In this document: positions 19,930 through 28,900 of the stretch, one piece after another
Numbering within the stretch: the stretch's first letter is position 1
Layout of the letters: each line of letters begins with the position of its first letter
Origin: a virus
Taxonomy: Duplodnaviria > Caudoviricetes
DNA length: 64,000 bases
IMG/VR virus record: IMGVR_UViG_3300027730_000005
Strand: one strand, 5' to 3'
Position numbers and translations under genes: made by a program
The notes under the pieces: generated by a model
Databases searched by the model: none
The model's input: the letters and a program-made list of their open reading frames with translations, nothing else
What the model was told of the DNA's origin: nothing

Positions 19930-20169
19930 TTAGGCCATGTTGAGTTGAACTTGCAGACCTTCCCAAGTGCCGCCAAGGCCTGTGGAACACATCTCAACAC
20001 CGTCACCTGAACGGTATGCTTCGAGTGCATTCAGAGCCTTTTGAGTAGCGGCATTACAGTTCACAAAGTCACCGACACCGTTGCGAATCTGTTTAGCGGT
20101 GGCATAGAAACATGCATCACCAACAATCACGCGGAATTTTTGGCTGGTCCTAAAACGCTTCATGTTCAT
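19930..20169 (-). CDS. Hypothetical early protein
   Basis: Behind promoter cassette copy 2. Confidence 0.65.
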   Translation of the reverse strand: MNMKRFRTSQKFRVIVGDACFYATAKQIRNGVGDFVNCNAATQKALNALEAYRSGDGVEMCSTGLGGTWEGLQVQLNMA

Positions 20170-20202
20170 TTGGAGCTCCTGTTTGTTGCTGTCTATGTGT
20201 AT

Positions 20203-20231
20203 ATTATAGCAAATTGGGAATTATCGGGCAA
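20203..20231 (-). promoter_or_regulatory. Early promoter cassette, copy 2
   Basis: TTGCCC-N17-TATAAT plus identical leader. Confidence 0.85.
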
Positions 20232-20254
20232 CCGAAATTTGTAATACTCAAGTA

Positions 20255-20737
20255 TTACATCGACCAATAAGATTCTGACGCAGGGTTGCACGACCAGGGA
20301 GTGTCACGGTCAATTTCAATGTCCTGGCCAGTCATCAGGTTTTTAACTGTTTTCATTGTGGGAAAGAACTCAATGCGGAAGCCTTTGCTCACAGGCCAAA
20401 GTTCATATTGCAGTTCACGGACTTCACGCTTCATTTCAGCTTCATCGCGATTGCGCCATACAGTAGTCGAAACCAATCGCTCACCACTCTTGGTGCGACG
20501 ATCTGTTTTGTAAATGTACACGGTGTGATCTTGCTTGCTCATGAGATTCTTGCGAGTGACCATGCGCGGTTGATAAGTTTTGGTATCAACAATGTCCAGC
20601 TCGTCAATGCTCCAACCTGCTTTATTGCAAAGACGAGTACGAGTGGCGCGAGCGGCACCAAAAGTCTTGTATGCACGGGTTCTGTGGGGACCGTCTGTAA
20701 CAATGTGCCCGGTACCTTTTGCGACAATGTAAAACAT
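20255..20737 (-). CDS. Hypothetical early protein, possible two-gene fusion
   Basis: KNLM(S/T) occurs twice; ends TPWSCNPASESYWSM. Confidence 0.65.
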   Translation of the reverse strand: MFYIVAKGTGHIVTDGPHRTRAYKTFGAARATRTRLCNKAGWSIDELDIVDTKTYQPRMVTRKNLMSKQDHTVYIYKTDRRTKSGERLVSTTVWRNRDEAEMKREVRELQYELWPVSKGFRIEFFPTMKTVKNLMTGQDIEIDRDTPWSCNPASESYWSM

Positions 20738-20754
20738 TCTAGCTCCTTTGTTGC

Positions 20755-20896
20755 TGTCTATGTGTATATTATAGCCGATCTAGCAATTCCGGTCTACCGT
20801 TTTACACCATATTTTTACAAAAAAGAACTAGATTTTTGTGGGATTTTTGCAACAAAATTTTGTTGTTTTTTTGCAACATTATCCAGTTCTGCTTCA
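20755..20896 (-). repeat. About 140-bp promoter/UP module, copy A (TAGACC-N17-TATAAT at 20768-20796)
   Basis: Near-identical to 21368-21509 (offset 613). Confidence 0.85.
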
Positions 20897-20948
20897 TATC
20901 GATCTCCTTTGTTGCCATGGGTGTCTATAGCGCCCGTCGGCACCCTTG

Positions 20949-21353
20949 TCACGCCGCTCTGTAGTGTCTCCAGCTGTCGTGGTCGCCCGAGCGCTTGCCT
21001 TTTTCCTTGTGGCATACACTGCATAACTCTTGTAGATTCGCAGTGCGGTTGTCTGTGTTGTTGCCGTTCTTGTGATCTACTTCTGTGCTGAGTTTAAAGC
21101 CGGTGCTCTTTACCAGAGCCCAATTTATCACACAGGGGAACCCCAATCGGCTCTTGGTGTTGCTGCAACGATTCTTCTTAAATCGCGTGACACCTGGCGC
21201 CAAGGGATAGTCCATGTAGCTGTTCTTGTGGCAAGTGCCGCAGAACACTCGGTACCGCACGCCTTCTTTACCCACTTTGCCACGCATGGGAACGCAAAAA
21301 CTGCCACAGCCTAGATTGATACAAACGGGTCTAAAATGCAATACTTTTCCCAC
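20949..21353 (-). CDS. HNH endonuclease with N-terminal Cys motifs
   Basis: EVDHKNGNNTDNRTANLQELCSVCHKEK; GTG start with SD AAGGAG. Confidence 0.8.
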   Translation of the reverse strand: MGKVLHFRPVCINLGCGSFCVPMRGKVGKEGVRYRVFCGTCHKNSYMDYPLAPGVTRFKKNRCSNTKSRLGFPCVINWALVKSTGFKLSTEVDHKNGNNTDNRTANLQELCSVCHKEKGKRSGDHDSWRHYRAA

Positions 21354-21367
21354 AATGTGCTCCTTAG

Positions 21368-21509
21368 TGTCTATGTGTGTATTGTAGCCAATCTAGCAAT
21401 TCTGGTCTACCGTTTTACATCATATTTTTTCAAAAAAGAACTAGATTTTTGTGGTATTTTTGCAACGAAATCTTGTTGTTTTTTTGCAACATTATCTAGT
21501 GCAGCTTCA
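21368..21509 (-). repeat. About 140-bp promoter/UP module, copy B (TAGACC-N17-TACAAT at 21381-21409)
   Basis: Near-identical to 20755-20896. Confidence 0.85.
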
Positions 21510-21889
21510 ATTTGATCCCAGGGCACACCGTGTTCCTTATACCCTTCTGATAGCATATTCAAGTATTCTTGACTGGGATAACCATCAGGATTATCGGGCT
21601 GCATACGGTAACATTCTGCCATCACAATATTGCCTTGATATTGCACAGGCAATATGTCACGGCCGTAATAATACGGATATCCTTCCAGCTGATCCAACGA
21701 TTTCAAATGATCCGTATCAATCAGCCACAGCACACCATCAACTGAAGAGTCAGCTGGCACTACATCAGCATGTCGCGCAAATCTAAACTCATGATCCAGC
21801 AGGGTGGCTGCACCCATGCTGATGGCACCAGGACAACGATGAGCCATCTGGGCGGTGTTTGTGTTCATGCCATATGCAAAATAAAACAT
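21407..21889 (-). CDS. Gamma-glutamylcyclotransferase (AIG2-like)
   Basis: YFAYGMN.N...M..RCP; GVLW; LDQLEGYP..Y. Confidence 0.85.
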   Translation of the reverse strand: MFYFAYGMNTNTAQMAHRCPGAISMGAATLLDHEFRFARHADVVPADSSVDGVLWLIDTDHLKSLDQLEGYPYYYGRDILPVQYQGNIVMAECYRMQPDNPDGYPSQEYLNMLSEGYKEHGVPWDQIEAALDNVAKKQQDFVAKIPQKSSSFLKKYDVKR

Positions 21890-22449
21890 CAGTCGATAAT
21901 CAAGTGTTTAAAATAGTCAAAGTGGCGTTCCAGTGTCCAAGTGTTTGGATCAACTGAAACTCCGTCATGGGTTTCAAATGTGGCCTCAAATACCTGACTG
22001 TAACGTCGGAATGGCAACCACATGTCCGGAGTGGCACTGGCCCACCCTGCATCTTTGAGTTGGACATGTTTTGCACGGCTCAACTTTACTGTAGGGGCAT
22101 TCAGTGCCTGTTCAACTGTGATTGCCCCTGCCAGCAACAAATCTCGAATACGTTTTAGCGGAATTAAATGTTCAAAGTCTGTTTCTGTATCAGCACCTTG
22201 TTCGTGATAATGTGCAGCCATGTTGTCACGTTGTTTGATACAATACTCGTGATAACGACGAATTTGTTCATCAATATCAGTACGGATTTCTCGCAACAGT
22301 TGTTGATCATTTTCCACAGCACGATATTCGTCGATGAATCGAGCCAGTTGTGTGTTACAGCGTGTTGCTACTGTTTTGTAAGTTTCCGCAGTGCGTTTGG
22401 TCTTACTATACACTGGTGCTGTGAATTTTTCAAGAGATTCTTTAAGCAT
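21889..22449 (-). CDS. Hypothetical protein with an EHLIP (HNH-like) motif
   Basis: DFEHLIPLKRIRD; nuclease assignment tentative. Confidence 0.5.
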   Translation of the reverse strand: MLKESLEKFTAPVYSKTKRTAETYKTVATRCNTQLARFIDEYRAVENDQQLLREIRTDIDEQIRRYHEYCIKQRDNMAAHYHEQGADTETDFEHLIPLKRIRDLLLAGAITVEQALNAPTVKLSRAKHVQLKDAGWASATPDMWLPFRRYSQVFEATFETHDGVSVDPNTWTLERHFDYFKHLIID

Positions 22450-22451
22450 GA

Positions 22452-22979
22452 TTATTCAAACAATGTGTTCCAAGTTGATGTTGCTATGTAACTTTTTTTA
22501 TCAATGTAAGATTCATCCTTGATGTTGCCAATTGGGATGTGGCCATGCAATTCCAGATGTTCTTTAATTAATTGTCTTTCAAGTTGTTTTACGTGTAGAA
22601 CAGGATCATGAATACTAGGGCTTGGCACCTTGGTTAAATCATAAACCGTAAGTTTCATTCCAACACGATTTAGATTCTTTCCAGTTTTCTGAAAAAAATA
22701 TTCGTCAATGGTACGCATATCACTGCCATTTGGCCCAGACAATCGATATTTCCACCCAAGTAAATGTCCAGCTTGTCGATATGTACGATCACCTGAGTTT
22801 GAGTTCTTATCTACACTAATCCCATGTTTGACTATCATTTCTTGATATTCAAATGTGTATACATAGTAGATTACATCTAAAGCCTTCATGATTGAAGAAA
22901 TATCTGATGCCTGAGAAAGTGAAGCCAATTCAATTTCGTAAACTGGATACGGAGTAGTTTTTAATATTCGATAACTCAT
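22452..22979 (-). CDS. Hypothetical protein, possibly GIY-YIG-like
   Basis: IYYVYTF...IVKHGIS...R.YRQ; start MSYRILK with SD AAGGAG. Confidence 0.45.
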   Translation of the reverse strand: MSYRILKTTPYPVYEIELASLSQASDISSIMKALDVIYYVYTFEYQEMIVKHGISVDKNSNSGDRTYRQAGHLLGWKYRLSGPNGSDMRTIDEYFFQKTGKNLNRVGMKLTVYDLTKVPSPSIHDPVLHVKQLERQLIKEHLELHGHIPIGNIKDESYIDKKSYIATSTWNTLFE

Positions 22980-22980
22980 T

Positions 22981-24027
22981 TTACATCTCCTTGGGGAACA
23001 ATCCTTCAGCAACATTGCCTTCTTCAATACCCATCTTGGCTCCTTCGCCGTGATATGGCAGATTCAATGTGCCACCGTTCCGCATGTACAGTTCACGCAG
23101 GAAGTTGCTCATTGCACTTGGGGCACTCCAGGTACTACCTGGATTTACATGTTCCCATTGCACTTTGGCCTTGGCGTGAATCAAGTTGGAACTTTTAAAG
23201 GTATTCTTGACTAATTTAAGAACGTCTTGCATCCAACCGGCAGGCAACGGTGTAACAACTGCATTGATGCGATGCAGCTCGTACAATCCAATGTACACAC
23301 CCTGATCAATTTCTTCTTGCATAGGGAATACATCTTTGATTGCAGTTAGAATATTAAACAACACCTTTCCGCTGTCATCAACTTCAATGCCTTTTTGTGC
23401 ATACTTAAAGTGACTGAAGAAATGATCGTTGTCGCCGCGCAGGTTGTCGCTGGCACGTGATCCTTTGTCTTGCAAGTCAATACCCACAGCATCAAATTGA
23501 TCTTGCATAGTGCGAGCTCGTACCACTTTGATATCACGGCTTCCATTTTTGTAACGCACTAGGGCATTACGATGAAGGTCGCCAGGATTCAGTCGCTTGA
23601 CGCCAGTATCATTGAGCATTTCAAATGCATAGCTGGCAAAGTTTGGGTCGTCAGTTTCAACCACAGCACAAGGAATTTCTGTAAATCCCAGAATACCAGC
23701 TGCAATAGTACGATGCTGGGCATCATACAAATAGGTCTTGGGCAATCCATTCAGGCGACAGGCAGAACCTGGCGAACAGATACGAGGATCCCATTTGCGC
23801 ATGATGTTAATGATGTGCTTGTGAATAACATCACGTTGCACCTCATAGTCGATCCAGAGATCCTCAATCAAGATCATTGTGCTTACTGGAAATTTATGTG
23901 ACATTGCACGAGCACGGGTTTTCCATGCGTCAATGTCTTTTTGTGTTACTCCGTAGTGTGCTTTGAGTTGAGTTTCAACCTCGGCAATAACATCCGTGAG
24001 TTTACGTGTGAGGCGTTTAGCTGCCAT
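22981..24027 (-). CDS. ParB/Srx-like (DGQHR-type) protein
   Basis: IDYEVQRD...YLYDAQHRTIAA...IPCAVV. Confidence 0.6.
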   Translation of the reverse strand: MAAKRLTRKLTDVIAEVETQLKAHYGVTQKDIDAWKTRARAMSHKFPVSTMILIEDLWIDYEVQRDVIHKHIINIMRKWDPRICSPGSACRLNGLPKTYLYDAQHRTIAAGILGFTEIPCAVVETDDPNFASYAFEMLNDTGVKRLNPGDLHRNALVRYKNGSRDIKVVRARTMQDQFDAVGIDLQDKGSRASDNLRGDNDHFFSHFKYAQKGIEVDDSGKVLFNILTAIKDVFPMQEEIDQGVYIGLYELHRINAVVTPLPAGWMQDVLKLVKNTFKSSNLIHAKAKVQWEHVNPGSTWSAPSAMSNFLRELYMRNGGTLNLPYHGEGAKMGIEEGNVAEGLFPKEM

Positions 24028-24078
24028 TTGAGTTACCTTTCTTACCGGAACAATACCGGATTAGTTAATTAAGTGTGT

Positions 24079-24107
24079 AGTATAGCAGCACCTGCGATAC
24101 TGGTCAA
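24079..24107 (-). promoter_or_regulatory. Sigma70-type early promoter
   Basis: TTGACC-N17-TATACT. Confidence 0.8.
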
Positions 24108-24110
24108 CCT

Positions 24111-24467
24111 CTAAATAATTGCTATTTTTTCGTTGGCAGATCTGCGATCACTGTACAACTGCTCGCCCCTGGCTCGAATCAAATCAGCTGCCGATTGCGG
24201 ATGTTGAGTGAACATTTCCACAAGATCTTCTCGGTCTATACTACCATCCACACCGATGGCATAGATTTCATAATGCCGTTGTGGATTAAACCTTGCGCGA
24301 AGTTTCCAGTGCTCGATGTTGAAATTCTCTTTAGGCACAGGTTTGTTGCCCAATATAGCCCAGGCTTTGAGAGCAGGATCGTAAACTTCGGCCACAGCTT
24401 CTAGTCCGTTGCAATCCCACATCACAACAAACGTTCGTGGGCGCGGTTCTTGATCGTCTTGAATCAT
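24111..24467 (-). CDS. Hypothetical protein
   Basis: ORF track; ATGA-coupled. Confidence 0.65.
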   Translation of the reverse strand: MIQDDQEPRPRTFVVMWDCNGLEAVAEVYDPALKAWAILGNKPVPKENFNIEHWKLRARFNPQRHYEIYAIGVDGSIDREDLVEMFTQHPQSAADLIRARGEQLYSDRRSANEKIAII

Positions 24468-24688
24468 AATTGAAATTGCTTTAGCACTTGTTTGGCTTGA
24501 TTGAAATTCTTGATGTCAAGCTCTATAGTCTCATATTCCAGTAGACACATCAACGTACTGGCTTGAACTTGGTCTTGTTCATTGAGATTTTCATACCAGG
24601 AGAGAAATTCATCACGTGTGGAACAACTCCAAATCTTATCCAACATGGCATATTGTGATCGGGTAAGGTTGTCAATTTTTATAAGCAT
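24464..24688 (-). CDS. Hypothetical protein
   Basis: ORF track. Confidence 0.6.
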   Translation of the reverse strand: MLIKIDNLTRSQYAMLDKIWSCSTRDEFLSWYENLNEQDQVQASTLMCLLEYETIELDIKNFNQAKQVLKQFQL

Positions 24689-24693
24689 GGTTG

Positions 24694-24978
24694 TTACTTT
24701 TCTTCGTTGTTGATTAATCCGTTACTGCGTCGATCTGAAACATTATCTAGGTCTTGTTCCAATCGTCTTTCTTTGATTGATTTTATACCTAAAACTTTTT
24801 CTCCCGAGCAAAGCAAACATTTGGGATTGCCACAATCCAATGCATGGTGTTTCACAAACTTGTGAGGTTCTGTAACTGGAACTCTAAAAGTTTTGGCGAT
24901 CTTGGTTTGCTTTTTCACAGCATTCTCATCTTTTTGAATGCGCTTGTTTTTTTTGATTTTGTCTTGTTCTGTGCTCAT
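24694..24978 (-). CDS. Basic protein with HC.C-like Zn motif (DCGNPKCLLC)
   Basis: Starts MSTEQDK by ATGA overlap with an LRWQ gene. Confidence 0.6.
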   Translation of the reverse strand: MSTEQDKIKKNKRIQKDENAVKKQTKIAKTFRVPVTEPHKFVKHHALDCGNPKCLLCSGEKVLGIKSIKERRLEQDLDNVSDRRSNGLINNEEK

Positions 24979-25208
24979 TGCCACCTCAGTAAAAATGCAA
25001 AATAATCTCGCTCACTGTCGAAATAAAAAACATATCTACCTGGCTGTTGATAATTGCTCATCTCTACCAGTTGCCATCGCCAATCATGCACCAGTTCATC
25101 TTTGCACCATTCGATCATCTGGTCCAGAATGCCTGTTTTCTTTCCAAGTTCATGCGAATGTCGAAAACTTTCCTTGTCGCGTACAGCATAATGATCTAAA
25201 ATTTGCAT
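24975..25208 (-). CDS. Small LRWS-family protein
   Basis: Ends FAFLLRWQ. Confidence 0.7.
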   Translation of the reverse strand: MQILDHYAVRDKESFRHSHELGKKTGILDQMIEWCKDELVHDWRWQLVEMSNYQQPGRYVFYFDSERDYFAFLLRWQ

Positions 25209-25233
25209 GTATTATTATATATGTACTCGTCTT

Positions 25234-25425
25234 CTATCTCTGACACTTTAGACCATAGAAGGTGGTCATTGTTTGGTCCTGAAACATCAGCACCACAGAT
25301 TTGGGATTTGGAATATATTTCCAACAAAAGTCCTGGCCTTGCACAAGACCATCATTTCTCAATTGGTAACATATTTCTATACCACGAGCAGCACTGGTAT
25401 TCTCAAACACAATTTCATACCACAT
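25234..25425 (-). CDS. Small degenerate LRWS-family protein
   Basis: Ends TFYGLKCQR. Confidence 0.55.
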   Translation of the reverse strand: MWYEIVFENTSAARGIEICYQLRNDGLVQGQDFCWKYIPNPKSVVLMFQDQTMTTFYGLKCQR

Positions 25426-25648
25426 ACGATGCTCGTATGTATTGTTCTAGTTCAGGTGTATGCATGTCAAATAGCTGCAACACAGCATCGTATATCTCAA
25501 AATACTGGCAAAAACTTAGACCATACTCGATGCCCTTTAACGCATCCCAGGTATAGAGCTTTTGCCAGTGTTCAAAGTCAGATTCTGAAATCTTGAGATC
25601 TCTAGCATTGAAACGAGCACTCAGTTGGTCTACCATATTTTTAAACAT
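25415..25648 (-). CDS. Hypothetical protein
   Basis: ORF track; start uncertain (25648 or 25636). Confidence 0.55.
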   Translation of the reverse strand: MFKNMVDQLSARFNARDLKISESDFEHWQKLYTWDALKGIEYGLSFCQYFEIYDAVLQLFDMHTPELEQYIRASYVV

Positions 25649-26339
25649 TCTTGCTCAATCTAAAAGTTTTTAACAAAACATAATACTGGTCTTGCTCACC
25701 ATAGAATGGTTTCCAGCTTGCATTACGTCCAGCAACTGATATACTGCCACTATCAAATAAACTATCCATGACTCCGTACAAACTATTTGTATGCCCAACT
25801 GCAACCATAACCGGGCAGTCCTGACAGTCACGAAACCAAAATTGAGTAGTATCGTGTGCCCGTCGATATTGCACTACACGTTCTACGCTATGCAAGTTCC
25901 AAACAAGTGGTCCAGGAGATTGTGTCCTCAGGCGTGCTGGTACTGGTTTTGTCAATTTCATCACGTTGGCCACAGCTTGGTCTTCATGATAAAAGTATGG
26001 CAAACGATACAGCATACCAACTTCGGCTTTGGTCAGCTCGTGATTGCCCACAAGAAATGCACCCAACTTGGCTCGCCAGTCAGACACTTTTTGATCACGT
26101 AGTTTTGCCATGACCAACTGATCCAAAAAGTGTTTTCTCACAGCAGCACCACACACACGGTCTTCTTCAGTGACCTCTGTGATTTCTTCAAGATCTGTCC
26201 ATAGTCCGTCTCCAGCATTGCCAATGCGCCAACTGGCACAACTCAGCACCACTGGATCGTCTTGAAACTTTAGTTTAGGACTGCTGGTATACGGATCTGG
26301 CAGGTTAACTTCTGTACTAGTATCAAACACAAATGTCAT
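25641..26339 (-). CDS. Hypothetical protein
   Basis: Start MTFVFDT just after the upstream stop. Confidence 0.65.
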   Translation of the reverse strand: MTFVFDTSTEVNLPDPYTSSPKLKFQDDPVVLSCASWRIGNAGDGLWTDLEEITEVTEEDRVCGAAVRKHFLDQLVMAKLRDQKVSDWRAKLGAFLVGNHELTKAEVGMLYRLPYFYHEDQAVANVMKLTKPVPARLRTQSPGPLVWNLHSVERVVQYRRAHDTTQFWFRDCQDCPVMVAVGHTNSLYGVMDSLFDSGSISVAGRNASWKPFYGEQDQYYVLLKTFRLSKNV

Positions 26340-26340
26340 A

Positions 26341-27006
26341 TCAATCCCAAAGATTTTGATAATATCGGCCGAACAAACGAAATCCATTTTGGATTCTATT
26401 TTCAACTACTTTCATTCCATCATAATCACATTTGTATGTGTTGTTAGGACCATCTTTCATTTGAAAAAACTTATGTTCACCTTTGGGCACTTCGTTACCA
26501 TGCACATCAACTGGAACCCACAGCATATCAATTTCGCCTTCACGGAAAGCATCTTCCCAGGAGTTGTCAACTTTGCACTCAAATGCAAAGATCATTTCGT
26601 TTATGACCCACTCCCAACGAGCAAAGTGGTTGCTGTCAGTGTCATACTCATTTTCTTTGGGGGCTGCTTCGGTGCTGCGTAGGCCAAGGCCTTCGGGCAG
26701 ATCTGAATCATCTACAAAGCCAGCGCCGTGTTGTTTTTCTTTCAGTTGTTTCAGCATGGGCAGGATGATGTGGGCCAGGGTATAATCCATGCTCCAAGTG
26801 TCATAGCGATCAATCTTCACATACTCAATCTTGGGATGCACAAAATCCAAGAACCGTTGTGCAGCCACACACAGTGGATTCAGTCGATTCTTCCACCGTT
26901 CAATCACAGGCTCGTCGTACTCAATCTCACGCCAGAAAAACACTTTTTCTAGTATGGTATACGGACTCAGCCAATGGTCACGATAACCAGATAGATATAC
27001 TTTCAT
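26341..27006 (-). CDS. Conserved phage hypothetical protein
   Basis: KIDRYDTWSMDYTLAHIILPMLKQLK...GFRLFGRYYQNLWD. Confidence 0.7.
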   Translation of the reverse strand: MKVYLSGYRDHWLSPYTILEKVFFWREIEYDEPVIERWKNRLNPLCVAAQRFLDFVHPKIEYVKIDRYDTWSMDYTLAHIILPMLKQLKEKQHGAGFVDDSDLPEGLGLRSTEAAPKENEYDTDSNHFARWEWVINEMIFAFECKVDNSWEDAFREGEIDMLWVPVDVHGNEVPKGEHKFFQMKDGPNNTYKCDYDGMKVVENRIQNGFRLFGRYYQNLWD

Positions 27007-27188
27007 TTTTCAACCTTTTGAATTTCCCAAGTGCCATCGTTACGGTCAATCCATTTTAGATTGTCGCCGGTGTTCCATCCTGCTTCATCCAACATGTCTT
27101 TGGGAAATGGCAACACAAGATCACCACTGCCGTCTTCGGCTTGTTCCAATGTAACTGTCCAAATTTTGCAATTTTCTGTAGTCATCAT
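27003..27188 (-). CDS. AbrB/MazE-like small protein
   Basis: DLVLPFPKDMLDEAGWNTGDNLKW. Confidence 0.55.
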   Translation of the reverse strand: MMTTENCKIWTVTLEQAEDGSGDLVLPFPKDMLDEAGWNTGDNLKWIDRNDGTWEIQKVEK

Positions 27189-27346
27189 TTGCTCCTGATA
27201 CGATCAAGCACCTGTTTAGCTTCACTGAAGTCACTGTGCTCTATTAGAGATTCTTCCAGCTGTTCTTGTAGTTTACAAATAGTTGCCTCCACTGGATACG
27301 GTTGTGACCAACGCACTGTGTATGATACCAGTTTGTAATCATTCAT
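27185..27346 (-). CDS. Small hypothetical protein
   Basis: Start MNDYKLV with SD GAGG. Confidence 0.55.
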   Translation of the reverse strand: MNDYKLVSYTVRWSQPYPVEATICKLQEQLEESLIEHSDFSEAKQVLDRIRSK

Positions 27347-27347
27347 A

Positions 27348-28241
27348 TTATACCTCAAACGTTTGCAAAGTCCAAACGTCAGCCTGGTGTTCGTAACCAA
27401 TGTATCCACGTGGGTTACATACCACACGACATGAACCAATCATGTAATCAAAGTTATGATGGGTATGTCCATGTGTCCATAACTTGATCTGCGGATGATT
27501 CAACATCAACTCACTCAAGTCCGAACTATATGCGCCATTCATCATGACATCATCCTGGTACTGTGGTTTGGTACTGAGCTTGCTAGGAGAATGATGTCCT
27601 ACCACTACAAACTTCCCTGCGGGATTCTCTGCCACTGCTGCACGAATAACTGTGAGCATGGCTTTGTGATCTTCCACAGAATCCTCTGGTGTGAACGTAG
27701 CCGGCCGTTCGTGAAATGTCACAATCTCTCGATCGGGATCATCAGGAAACTTTGGATTAGGCTGGTAACCTTTGAATGTGATCATTCTAAGACTATTTTT
27801 GATGCAACGGTAATCATTCATCATTTTACGAATACTATACAAAGTATGTGGATCTTCTTGATTCATATCAGTCCACAGTGTACCGCACACAAAGGTCACA
27901 TCACCCAGTGTGATGGTTTCTTTTTCCAGCACATGAAGGTTCTTCAAGTAGGCCAGTTTTTCACGAAGGTGGGATATTGTGGTACCGTAGTCACCATGAT
28001 AATGTTCATGGTTGCCCACGATGTAAATCACGTGCTTGAACTGTGCTGCACAGTTTTCAAAAAATTCGTGATACTTATGGCTCTTGGTATGTTCGCCCAG
28101 GAGATTGTGAACGTCACGATCAGCTAGATCACGTGCCACACAGATATCGCCGCTGAGAATCAATACATCGGCACCTTCGGTGTTGTGCAGTTCAAGTGGT
28201 CCAAATTCCAAGTGTACATCAGATGCTAGTGCTATTTTCAT
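27348..28241 (-). CDS. Calcineurin-like metallophosphoesterase
   Basis: SDVHLE, SGDI, GNHEHY, GHHSP, HGHTH, NPRGY. Confidence 0.9.
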   Translation of the reverse strand: MKIALASDVHLEFGPLELHNTEGADVLILSGDICVARDLADRDVHNLLGEHTKSHKYHEFFENCAAQFKHVIYIVGNHEHYHGDYGTTISHLREKLAYLKNLHVLEKETITLGDVTFVCGTLWTDMNQEDPHTLYSIRKMMNDYRCIKNSLRMITFKGYQPNPKFPDDPDREIVTFHERPATFTPEDSVEDHKAMLTVIRAAVAENPAGKFVVVGHHSPSKLSTKPQYQDDVMMNGAYSSDLSELMLNHPQIKLWTHGHTHHNFDYMIGSCRVVCNPRGYIGYEHQADVWTLQTFEV

Positions 28242-28584
28242 GTAATACTTTCAATTGCTGTTTCAATATGCTTAATGCAGCAGGGTCACCTTTGGCCACT
28301 GCTGCTTCTTTGTCTGGATACCGTTGTTCGAATCGATCTCGGATTTCTTCAATATTTCGTCCGGTACACACAAATTCTTTTGTAAAGTAATTATAACACA
28401 GAAATTGGTCATTTACAGGTTCAACTTCTAAAATAACCAAAGTTTTGTTGGCCACTCTTGTCAATATATCTTGTGCTTCGGGCGTGATCTCAACTGCTGG
28501 GTTTACTCGTACAGCTTGAAACAAAGAAACTATTACCCATCCAACAAGTATGCTTATCACAACTGGAAGTAAAAAGTCTAACAT
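28219..28584 (-). CDS. Membrane-anchored hypothetical protein
   Basis: N-terminal hydrophobic helix. Confidence 0.6.
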   Translation of the reverse strand: MLDFLLPVVISILVGWVIVSLFQAVRVNPAVEITPEAQDILTRVANKTLVILEVEPVNDQFLCYNYFTKEFVCTGRNIEEIRDRFEQRYPDKEAAVAKGDPAALSILKQQLKVLHENSTSI

Positions 28585-28591
28585 ACAGTAA

Positions 28592-28900
28592 TTACCCCTG
28601 ACGAATTGATTCTAGTGTGATCATTTTGCCCAATTCACGCTCAAAGTCCAGATCATCTGGAATCACATAGTGACGGAATTGATTGTCATCCTTGCGTCGA
28701 TCGTAGTGTCGAAATGTTATAATCTTGCCACCTATAGCTGGCATCACAGTGATGTTCAAGCCTGTATGGCTATCAATATTGTCACTGTTACTACGAACAG
28801 CGGTAAATGTGTCAGGACTGGACAACCCGTATTTTTCTTGCTGGTCACAGTACTGATCTTCTTGTGCCCAACGAACGATCATGCGTTTAAACCATTTCAT
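28592..28900 (-). CDS. Hypothetical protein
   Basis: Start MKWFKRM by ATGA overlap, SD AAGGA. Confidence 0.6.
   Translation of the reverse strand: MKWFKRMIVRWAQEDQYCDQQEKYGLSSPDTFTAVRSNSDNIDSHTGLNITVMPAIGGKIITFRHYDRRKDDNQFRHYVIPDDLDFERELGKMITLESIRQG

Noticed and set aside
20815-21024. 69-aa ORF sharing the C-terminus AKKQQ..VAKIPQKSSSFL with the GGCT
   Set aside because: It overlaps the HNH gene, and the shared tail is just the translated promoter/UP repeat.
20408-21091. 227-aa plus-strand ORF
   Set aside because: Antisense to real genes and a promoter cassette, with no recognisable motifs.
27495-28127. 210-aa plus-strand ORF
   Set aside because: Antisense shadow of a motif-complete metallophosphoesterase.
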